A program made the position numbers and the translations under genes. Positions 12,501-22,150 of a stretch of DNA of 28,704 nucleotides are shown piece after piece. The DNA lies in assembly GCF_006345805.1 (NCBI RefSeq), contig NW_021827501.1, positions 1-28,704 on the forward strand, written 5' to 3'. The notes below the pieces were generated by a model, which searched no databases, was not told the origin of the DNA, and was given only the letters and a program-made list of their open reading frames with translations. The stretch's first letter is position 1. Every line of letters starts with the position of its first letter. This DNA comes from Octopus sinensis (lineage: Eukaryota).

Positions 12501-13271
12501 CGCTATCTTAGCTAGTGTTGTAACAACAGAAAGTTGTTGAGGTTATCGTTGTTTTTCTTTTTGTTTACCTTAGACTCGGTTTGTTTGAGCTGACCTATAG
12601 CGGCCTGCCATTTATCAGAATAGACAATGAATCTTCAACTAGAAAGCTATTTTCCAGGGCGCATGACTTGCTGTTATTAATGTTGTAGTGAATCCCTCTC
12701 CCCACGTGTCCCCAGTGATGTTCAAAATAAAGGCAAGTACCACCCAGTTGGTACCAGCAATGTCACTGCACGTTGGCTGAGAGCATAAAAATCTGGGGTA
12801 AAACGCAGTCATACCATCTTGTCTTAACACATGAGATACTATGTAAATCCAACCCCTTAAACGATCTATAAACCAATATATTTCAACGATGAACATCATT
12901 TTTGTTTTCTAAACGTAGGACAATATTCTCCAACATATCCATTTTTTTTTTTAGATAAGAGTTTCATTTACTGGAGTATGGCTATTGTTTCTAGACAGCG
13001 ATCGACCACAAAGAGTTCCTTCGCTGGCTTGTAAAAATTGTGACAAATTATTAATAGGTGCACGGCCCAAAATTTTATTGTAAAGGAACAGTAAATTTTA
13101 ACACACCTAAAACTTGAATGGTTGTCATTTGATCGAACCCGCAAGATTGCAATTCAAAGCTAACCTCGTCGGAATTTGGAACTCTATATGATGCTAGCTG
13201 ATCTGTATGTGTGCATATGCCGATGCGTGTATAAGCAAAAAAAAACAGTAAACATGCAAACACGTGTAGTT

Positions 13272-13877
13272 AACATTATCAATACAACACAGTTAACGTA
13301 GGTGTGTTGTTCAAGCGCGAGAAGCAGTGGATTTTCGTCCTTTAAAATCTTTTTAAATACGTTAAATTCAAATTACGATGAACGTAAACAAACAAACGAA
13401 GTTTGCTTTAGAAGCATTGAAATATCTTAGAAAGTTAAAGAAGTGATTTTAAAATTCTCACACAGAATACACTTCAGAGCTAGGCTAAATGAAATCACCC
13501 CGGAAGTCATCAAGAGAGCGCCAGATACCGTATTTCACCTAATTGCAGCTTATCAATGCCGTATACGCGCGTCACTTCCGAAACGTAATCAGAATCGCTA
13601 GTCTGAAGTATAAATAGAGAGTGTGTAAACAATTTTCTGATTTGCAATCGCATCCCATAAGTAAATTAAATTCAGATAATTCTATAGAAGCAATTCTATA
13701 ACGTAAACATTATCAACACCAAATACAGAACGGTCGTGTATTGTTTAAACACCAGATGTTGTAGTTTCTCGTCTGGGGAAATTTCTTTAAAGTCATATAG
13801 TGTTATTAATCACAATATATCCCAGAACTAGGCGAAATGAAATCGCCTAGCAAGTGATCCTGAGAGCTGCAGATATA
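13272..13877. repeat. Diverged direct repeat pair (13272-13357 plus 13461-13528 vs 13706-13791 plus 13809-13877)
   Basis: AACATTATCAA...GTGT.TTGTT.AA...TCGTC...TTTAAA and CAGA.CTAGGC.AAATGAAATC.CC...AAGT.ATC..GAGAGC..CAGATA occur in both copies in ungapped alignment. Confidence 0.75.
13500..13650 (+). promoter_or_regulatory. Possible promoter-like motif cluster
   Basis: CCGGAAGT (13500), GCGTCACTTCCG (reverse complement CGGAAGTGACGC, ETS/half-CRE, ~13569), TATAAATAG (13609), GTAAACA (13625), TTGCAAT (~13642). Motif presence only. Confidence 0.3.
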
Positions 13878-14494
13878 TTTTAATTCTATGTTTTTAAAAC
13901 ACCCGTATACATTAAGTATGTGGTGTTCACAGATTTTACATTAAACAGAAACTTTTATTGCATAATCTGAACATGTAGTTCAATATATCTACAGATTTAA
14001 CATAGGAATAATCCTGTGACCTGATCTAGTAAAAAAAAGTAAAAAAAAAAAAAGACTTAAATGTTTAATATATATTGATATATATTGAGATGAGTGACAA
14101 TATTGCAACATTGTCGGTGTACAAGGGAGATTATTCGATCATGTAATTTCGGAAGCAAATATTTTTGCGGAGACGAGTTTTGAAGGATTTTCGATTTATA
14201 TATTATATTTCGTCGAATAAAATGCAAAAGTTGATTAGAAAATATTGCATTTTGACCCTTGACAGATGAATCTGACATTCTCCGAGAACGATGAAAGAAA
14301 GTAGATAATAAATAATCAATAAAACTGAAAGAGCCTCAGGACTTCTTACCTAATGAATGTGATTGAAATGGCGAACCGTGTTTGCCAGTTATGTCTGAAT
14401 GTGCATACTTGCATACCATGCAGATACACATGCGCGTACGCACAGACGTAAAATCGTCCGCTTACACATATACATTTGTGCGTGTGTGTTTTGC

Positions 14495-14502
14495 ATATAT
14501 AT

Positions 14503-14579
<77 letters not shown>

Positions 14580-14580
14580 T
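14495..14580. repeat. (TA)n microsatellite
   Basis: Direct repeats. Confidence 0.95.
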
Positions 14581-15256
14581 TACATGTAAGCATGCATGAA
14601 CGTATATAAACATGGATATATAAATGTATGCATATATATACCCACATATACTTACATATTTACATGTAGGTGAGTATTAGACGTGTTGCTGCATCTCCAT
14701 AAGCACAAGCAATTATCGACACATCATACATACACGTATTTAACAATTGCTTACGTGTTTACGAGGTATTTGTGAAATACATACGTGCCTGTGAATATAT
14801 GTGTTTTCGTGTATGTGTGTGTTCGGGCATGTGCGCGTGCATTTGGATGCTTATAATTATGTTTGTAAAAGTAGTTTTACTTGGATGTTGCCTAGATTTC
14901 AGCGAAAATCCAATCCATTTTTTATTCATGATTTATGGAGATAGGAAGCCAAGGGATTCGTGAATTTCTGTATGCCGTTATATAAATTTTAATGCATATA
15001 GCGCAGATACAAGAAGCTATTCTGCTAGAGAATGTGTGAATACATCATCAGCTTGAAATAAAATGTGACATGTTTGTTAAGCGTACAAGAGCTAACAAAA
15101 ATAGTTTACTTCATTCAAAATATTTAACTGTTATGTTAAGATATAATTTAAGAAAGATACCCATTGCCGGGTAGTCTGATAGATATTAAGCTTGCTTCAC
15201 GAGACATATCCTTCGGGCTTCTGTCAAGTAGACTCAGCAGCAAGCTCTCTTTTAAA

Positions 15257-15557
15257 TTGTTTGTTCCTTCTTGAGACATGCCTGGCTCATTAGGGCCGGT
15301 TTCCCGGTTTCCTTGGCGTATAGGTTCCCCACCTGTACGGGGCGCCGGTCCTTCGCAGGTGAGCTTCAAGATGCAGGAGGAAAGAGTGAGATGTTGTGGC
15401 GAAAGACTCAGCAGAGGTTCGCCATTACCCCCTGCCGAAGCCGCGTGGAGCTTAGGTTTTTCGCTCACAAACACAGACATCGCCCGGTCTGAGATTCGAA
15501 CCCGTGATCCCTCGACCGCGAGTCCGCTGCTCTAACCACTATGTGGTTAGAGCCTCT
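15257..15557 (-). mobile_element. tRNA-derived SINE, family D (GC-rich, CpG retained)
   Basis: Reverse complement AGTGGTTAGAGCAGCGGACTCGCGGTCGAGGGATCACGGGTTCGAATCTC (tRNA D- and T-arm boxes), then a ~230-bp body ending GGAAACCGGGAAACCGGCCC...GAAGGAACAAACAA. Confidence 0.85.
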
Positions 15558-15591
15558 ACTCTCTTTTATATAAAGCTTCACAATTTACTTA

Positions 15592-16215
15592 AAATATTTC
15601 ACTTAATCTTATTTCACTAAAACTGAGTTGGGTGGGAAAGGTTTGCAGACCAGGCTCATTAGAACGTGTCCGGCATGTCAGGAACCAGTAGGATATTATG
15701 GTGACCACAGAGGTCGAGAAGTAGCATCAAAGAAGCTGTGGATAAGCTGTGAGATCTCGTAGAAATAGCTGCAGTTGGAGTGGTGTTAAAAGGAAAGAAA
15801 CTGGGGTTTGATCAACCTTGGCTTGGTTGCTTGGTCTAAGGCGTCTGATGTTCAAACATTTAAAACTCTAAAAAGCTAAAACTAGAAACACAATAATTCA
15901 AGGAAATATTTCGCCTCATTATATTTCACTAAAATTGAGCTGGTTGGAAATGCTTTGCAAGCCTGTCTCTCTGAGCATGTCCAGCATCACATGAGCCAGT
16001 TTGCTAACATGTTGACCACGGAGGTAGAAACGTAGAGTCAAAGAGGCTGTGGATACGCTGTGAGATCCTGATGAGGTAGCCGTAGCTGGAGTGGTGCTTA
16101 AAGGAGAGAAAATGGAGTTTGATCAACATTGACTTGGTCGCTTGGTTTAGGGTATCTAATCTTCAAACATCTAAAACTCGAAAGATCTAAAACTTGAAAC
16201 CCAGTGGTTCCGAGT
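15592..16215. repeat. Diverged tandem pair of a ~312-bp unit
   Basis: AAATATTTC at 15592 and 15904; shared TATTTCACTAAAA.TGAG, GCTGTGGATA.GCTGTGAGATC, TGGAGTGGTG, GTTTGATCAAC, TTCAAACAT.TAAAACTC. Confidence 0.9.
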
Positions 16216-16361
16216 AATATTATCAAATGATATGTCCCGTTATATCACAGGGCAATGTAAGGAAAGGCGTTGACATATCTACAGTAAAACAAAATGAGAT
16301 TCAGGTAATTAAAAATCTTTAATTTTATGAAGTGATGAATATAAATTGGTCACAGTATTTC

Positions 16362-16591
16362 GGGTGCATGAATGGTTGTGCGATTAAGAATTTCGTATTG
16401 CAACCACGTGCTTTCAATTTCAATCCACTGCGCAGCACCTTGCAAAAGCCCCATACCGATTAATGTCTTGTGAGTGAACTTGACAGACAAAAACTGAGAA
16501 GACAGTACTAGGTGGAAAGAAATACAGAGAGAGTGAGGGAGGGAGAGACGGAAAGAGACAGAGACAAACAGAAAGACAGATAGATAGATAA

Positions 16592-16646
<55 letters not shown>

Positions 16647-16723
16647 TAGATAGATAGATAGATAGAAATATAGATAGATAGACAGCTAGATAGATATATA
16701 GACAGACAGACAGACAGACAGAC

Positions 16724-16764
<41 letters not shown>

Positions 16765-16857
16765 TAGATAGATAGATAGATAGATAGATAGACAGTTAGC
16801 TATATATATATATATATAGACAGACAGACAGACAGACAAATAGATAGATAGATAGAC

Positions 16858-16944
<87 letters not shown>

Positions 16945-17187
16945 AATATAGGTATACATACATAAACAGGCACACACACACAAGAACATATACACGCATA
17001 TGCATTCGTGTCTTTGTGTTTGCCCTCATCCCACTGCTTGACAGCCGGTGCTGGTTTGTTTAGGTTCCCGTAAATTATCGACTCAGAAAATGTCCGATTG
17101 AATAGATACCAAATCCCAAAGGAAAAAGATCAGCGATGATATGTTCAACAAATGCTTCAAGGCTGTACTCTAGAATCATCGCAGACT
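16362..17187 (+). mobile_element. Old SINE-B copy with its internal microsatellite expanded to ~480 bp of (GA)/(GATA)/(GACA)
   Basis: Head 16362-16509 (CAACCACGTG...CCACTGCGCAGCACCTTG...CTTGTGAGTGAA), tail from ~17005 (GTGTTTG...TGCTTGACAGCCGGTGCTGGTTTGTTTA...). Confidence 0.7.
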
Positions 17188-17260
17188 CCTCAAAATGTCA
17201 GGCCTTGTGCCTCTAGAACAAAAAATTATAATTATTATTCAATTGCTAGATGAATTTTTA

Positions 17261-17472
17261 AGGCAGGAAACTGAGAGAATCGTTAGCACGCCGGCAAAAA
17301 TGCTTACCAGTATTTCCTCTGCCACTATGTTATAAGTTCAAATTCCGCTGGTGTTTACTTTTCCTTTTACCCTTTCGGGGTAGATAATTTAAGTACCAGT
17401 GGGTCAATGTAATCGACCAGTCCCCACGAAAATTAAATTTTAGGCCTTGTGCCTATAATAGAAAGTGTTATT
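17261..17472 (+). mobile_element. SINE-A copy, tail type 1
   Basis: GAATCGTTAGCACGCCGG...AGTTCAAATTCCGC...GGCCTTGTGCCTATAATAGAAAG. Confidence 0.85.
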
Positions 17473-17874
17473 TGCTATATAAATCAACTGGGTGTTTTGA
17501 AAGTCCTGTTCGTAGTTAAAAATATAATATTCATTCCAGGTAGAATATTAACCTCCTGCAAAAATAAATTTCGAAATTAAAATATCAACTGAACATTACT
17601 TATCTATGAGGAAAATGAATACTAATACTATCCAATATAATTCCATTCTATAAGTCCTCGTATACCTTGGTCATTTCAATGAAAACTTAACGCAGTGGGA
17701 CTCTTTTCTATGCAAATAACAGAAAAGTGGGTACATCCTGGATGAGACAGAATAAGAACGTAGATATTAAACCACCTCGCAAAATTAGATTGTCCAATTA
17801 AGTAATCTGCAGGATGCTATTTGGCAAAATATGGTGATCATCAGGATACCGTTTGTAAAACGGTATTCGGTAAT

Positions 17875-18089
17875 GGCGGCGAGCTGGCAGAATCGTTAGC
17901 ACGCCGGGCGAAATGCGTAGCCGTATTTCGTCTGCCGTTACGTTCTCAGTTCAAATTCCGCCGAGGTCGACTTTGCCTTTCATCCTTTCGGGGTCGATTA
18001 AGTAAGTACCAGATGTAATCGACTTAATCCCTTTGTCTGTTCTTGTTTGTTCCCTCTGTGTTTAGCCCCTTGTGGGTAGTAAAGAAATA
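17875..18089 (+). mobile_element. SINE-A, tail type 2, intact 5' end, with 13-bp TSD
   Basis: GGCGGCGAGCTGGCAGAATCG...GTGTTTAGCCCCTTGTGGGTAGTAAAGAAATA; GGTATTCGGTAAT at 17862-17874 and 18090-18102. Confidence 0.92.
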
Positions 18090-18401
18090 GGTATTCGGTA
18101 ATAAGGAATGTTGGAAATTCTGTTCTGGTATATTTATATGTTCAGCTGCCCTGTACAGGCATATATAAATACAACATATGTGCATGTATGCATGTGTATG
18201 TGTGTGTGTGTGTGTGTGTGGTGTGTGTGTCCTTTTAGTTCGTTTATGGGTAACGTTTTGAATATGCATATAAAAGCTCCTTTTTTATTAAGTTGGCTAA
18301 AGCGTATTGATACCAACTGTCAATAACAGTTTTTGCGGCTTGCAGCGAGTTGTGTCGATAAAATGTACAATAAATATACAAACTACTACTAATAACAACC
18401 G

Positions 18402-18474
18402 TAATAATCCATGGATGGAAAAATGTGCGTAGCGATGCATTGAAATATTTATAACTTCCATCCATGGATTATTA
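18402..18474. repeat. Perfect 19-bp inverted repeat with 35-nt spacer
   Basis: TAATAATCCATGGATGGAA (18402-18420) / TTCCATCCATGGATTATTA (18456-18474). Confidence 0.9.
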
Positions 18475-18488
18475 TTATTATTATTATT

Positions 18489-19013
18489 CAGTAGTTTTAT
18501 TTTTATAGCGTTCTTTCACTTTACTACCGAGCACAGCTCTGTGTGCCTTGGGTATGTGCTGTGATTTGTTGTGATGCTCTGATGGTTATTGTATGGAAAG
18601 TGTTCTGCGTAGGATGTGTGCAGTGCCTAATAGTGCAATTTTCTGTATGTTATATGTGTTTGTAAGTCCTGGTGTTTTTGTTATGTATTTGTCTGAATAT
18701 TTTTTTATCATGCCTAATGCACCTACTATGATAGGAATTGTTTCTGTTTTCAGATTCCATATTCTAGTTACCTCTATTTCCAGGTCTTTGTATTTTGAGA
18801 GTTTCTCCATTTCTTTTAGAGACACGTTGTCATCAGCCGGTATTGATACATCAATTAGAAAGCATTTTTTTTCTTCATGATCTCTGACAACTATATCTGG
18901 TCTGTTGGCCTTAATTTCTCTATCTGTGTGTATCGGCATATCCCAGAGTATGGTTGATTTCTCGTTTTCTGTGACCTTTTCTGGTGTGTGCCTATACCAT
19001 CTTTTTTCTGTTG

Positions 19014-19017
<4 letters not shown>
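18489..19017 (-). mobile_element. 5'-truncated R4/Dong-like retrotransposon: uninterrupted restriction-like endonuclease C-terminus (stop at 18586) and 3' UTR, within (TAA)n
   Basis: WYRHTPEKV.EN...ILWD..IHTDR.I.ANRPDIVV...CFLIDVSIP.D.N...KE.EK.SKY.DL..E..R.W...IPII.GALG...IQK..LLGTAHILR matches the PD..D RLE domain of R4-clade elements; (ATT)n on both sides. Confidence 0.9.
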
Positions 19018-19095
<78 letters not shown>

Positions 19096-19175
19096 CATTA
19101 TTAATATGATATATGTATGTATGTATATATATATATATATATACTCATACATACATATATACATGTATACATATA
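19018..19175. repeat. (ATT)n then (TA)/(TATG) microsatellite
   Basis: Direct repeats. Confidence 0.95.
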
Positions 19176-19416
19176 AAAGAGATGAAGACGAGAAAATGGA
19201 TTGAACGATATTCTTCATTTCACATCACAATTGTTTGCACACATCTCTTCAATCCATTTTCCCCCTTATTCATCTCTTTATCTAAACTCGACGGATACTA
19301 TGGAATTCCAGATGTATATCCAATGACAGGTGTATTGACATCCGGTAGCTAATTAACGTGGACAAGATTTGTATAACATACGGCAAGTTTTCTACCCATT
19401 ATTATTCAACTCTTGA

Positions 19417-19622
19417 ACACACACGCACGCATACACACGAACGCACACGCACACACACACACATAATGTTTGTTTTATGTATCTGTGTGTTCACACAAAG
19501 ACAGACACACACAGACACGCGCACACACATGCATATATGTTTGTATGTATGTAATACACACACACATATATACATATATGTACATATATATACATATATA
19601 TCTATATATCTATCTATCTTTC

Positions 19623-19683
<61 letters not shown>
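19417..19683. repeat. (CA)n/(TA)n compound microsatellite
   Basis: Direct repeats. Confidence 0.9.
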
Positions 19684-19689
<6 letters not shown>

Positions 19690-20456
19690 GGCAATGGAGG
19701 GGATTCTCAGCTCCAAATGCATTGTACATTAGATATATTAAGTAATTTTTCGAAGGTATTTATGATCTAAAAATTTCTGCTTTTCTAATCGCCTAATTAT
19801 TTCCAGTTTGTTTGTTAATGGTCCCTGCATTAAATACGTTAACACTAATCTAACCATTGTTTCGTTTCTTATTAAAATGGCGCCTTTGTTTAATTTATTC
19901 TCTGAACAACAATCAAATTCTCAATTATCTCTGACGCTAACATTGATGGAGCAACTAGAAACGTATATGGGAAGCTAGACGAAATTAGTTATGCTCAATG
20001 ACTTTACGACATGCCATAAAGACAAGGTCGTACACCACGAGAAGCAAAACCGTATTAATGTGACATTTATAGCTAGAATAAATAATATTCTGATAATAGA
20101 CATCGCCATTTGGAAGTTATATGATAACCAATTACGTGTTCGACTTTCAAAGGTTTAGATATGAAATTCAGAGACAGATAAAATTGAAAATAGTGAAGTT
20201 TAGTAACAGGCATAGTTAATGTGGTTACAATAATATAGGGTTATATCTGAATTAAGGGATTAAATTAAGGGAATAGAATTAACTTTTGCTGCGTTTCTTT
20301 TTTTTTTTTTTTGCTTTTTTTTCTTTTCATGTATACGATATTGTAAATGCTTTTATAATCTCGCCATCCATTTATATTTCTGCGATAGATGAGTTTTAAA
20401 TGTTAGTGAATGCGAGCGTTGATATGGTTTACAAAATAAATACATGTGTAAGAAAT

Positions 20457-20650
20457 TATGTATAATAGATATATATATTATACATATATATGTGTGTGTG
20501 AGTGCGTGTGTATAGATATATATATATATGTTTGTATGTTTATATGTTCGTTTGTCTGTATGTATGCATGTATGCTTGCATTTATATATGTATGTATGTA
20601 CTTATGTATGTATGTATGTATGTATGTATGTATGTATGTATGCATGTATG
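20457..20650. repeat. (TA)/(TATG)n microsatellite
   Basis: Direct repeats. Confidence 0.9.
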
Positions 20651-20784
20651 GGTGTTAAAATGGCGATACCTTTATTGTCTTCTACTATGGCCACGTATTC
20701 AATAAAACATTCTGAAAAAAATTTATCGATGGAACTTGCGAGGTGTATGTTTTTGTGTGTATGTGTGCGTGTGTGTGTGCGCAC

Positions 20785-21200
20785 GCGTATATATCTTAGC
20801 TCTTACATCCTCCAGTGATACCAACACAATGACCCATGACCCTTCCCCAAGCAAACTAATTGCTGGATTTCTACTTAACACAGAACGTCACCCATCGCTA
20901 TCATGTTGTTCTGGAACGAACTGCGCGGCGTCTTCCTGCAGCTATACCTCCGACTTTTGTCTATTTCCCGCATCCACTCCATCGCGATAGTAAGATGGCC
21001 AGCAATTAGTATCCGCCGCTTAATCACCACGTCCTGCAAATGTCCCGTGCCAGCCCTTCTCATAACCTCTTGTTTCTTACTCTATTAAGGTAAGAGATGC
21101 CAAGAACTACTCGCAGACTGGGTTGATAGCACAAGTGCAGCCCCTTTAAGATCTTCGCTGTCTTCGTCCAGATATTACAGGCTGTTGTATGCAGAAGCAT
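20785..21200 (-). mobile_element. Decayed 3' end of an RTE-like LINE
   Basis: Frameshifted translation ACNIWTKTAKILKGL...LRVVLGISYLNRVRN/EVMRRAG...LQDVVIKRRILIAGHL..AMEW resembles the RTE C-terminal consensus (Y.CETW...CLR.ILGI...DRV.NEEV..R...RRLR..GH). Confidence 0.75.
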
Positions 21201-21261
21201 GTGTGCGTGTGTACGTTTGTGTGCTTGCAAACGCAAGGTCCCGGTTTTGATGAAGCTTCGT

Positions 21262-21480
21262 CACACCCAGTAAAAATTTCATTTTGTGTAACGTTAGGTC
21301 GAGCCTTACCTTATGAATGAAATTAGATGGAAACTGAACAGAAGCCCGTCTGAGAGATGGTAACTATAATTCAAAAGGTTCAGCCATGTTAAACTGATTC
21401 TATCTGAGAATCACATTGAGTGTACATTTAGTTGTAGAATGCACTTTAATTCGAGAGTAGATATTTCTGTTATTTCAACA
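21262..21480 (+). mobile_element. Decayed SINE fragments (B-like body followed by C-like tail)
   Basis: GATGGAAACTGAACAGAAGCCCGTC resembles the SINE-B core; CTGAGAATCACATTGAGTGTACAT resembles the reverse complement of the SINE-C tail near 4270-4300. Confidence 0.4.
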
Positions 21481-21745
21481 CTTGACTCGTCATTCCCGAT
21501 CTATGGAGATCCACCACTGTCAGCCACACACAAACCGCACACGCACACACGTATATATATATATATATATAATTTATAAATAAAGGTATCTAAAAGATAC
21601 CACATTGATAGATATAGCAGTCAAAACTTGACTCTAAAACAACATTAAATGTTCATACAGCACCATTAATAATTATTATTACTTATGAGGTTTTAATCCT
21701 ATGCTAGCCACTTGATATGATCGGTATTTTAAATAACGATCTTAT

Positions 21746-21747
<2 letters not shown>

Positions 21748-21787
<40 letters not shown>

Positions 21788-21900
21788 ATATAGATATATA
21801 GAGAGAGAGAGATAGAGAGAGAGAGGAGAGAGAAGAGAGAGAGAAGATAGATAGATAGATGATAGATAGATATAGATAGATAGATAGATAGATTAGATAT
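21748..21900. repeat. (TA)n-(GA)n-(GATA)n microsatellite
   Basis: Direct repeats. Confidence 0.95.
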
Positions 21901-22150
21901 AGGGAGAGTTCACAAAAAAAAAAAAAAAAACAAAGACGAAGACAGGTGGTGTAGACAACACACAGATGTATTAATATAACGCTCGGGAAGTGAAAAAGTC
22001 TTAAACGTTTCGAGCCTACGCTCTTCCACAGAAAGGAACACAGAAAGAAACAAGGAGAGAAAATAAAGAATGTGTAGTGGCTAGCGATCTATCATGGCTA
22101 ATGCCGAACAGAAGGGTCACACAGGACTGCTAGGAAGAAGGGGAGATAAT
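21900..22150 (-). mobile_element. Probable Penelope-like element terminal repeat fragment with degenerate minimal hammerhead motif
   Basis: Reverse complement of 22000-22036 is CCTTT-CTGTGGAA-GAGC GTAG GCTC-GAAACGTTTAAG: hammerhead-like core, 4-bp stem II and palindromic AAACGTTT, as in PLE pseudo-LTRs. No PLE ORF is visible. Confidence 0.6.

Noticed and set aside
14667-14676. Consensus splice donor AG|GTGAGT
   Set aside because: Preceded by low-complexity TA/CA sequence with no plausible exon.
15480-15545. tRNA gene on the minus strand
   Set aside because: No acceptor stem or T-run terminator; it continues into a SINE body.
18586-19218. 210-aa ORF as a host membrane protein with a poly-Ile segment
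   Set aside because: The N-terminal part is microsatellite; the rest is a truncated Dong-like endonuclease. The same applies to 10675-11094.
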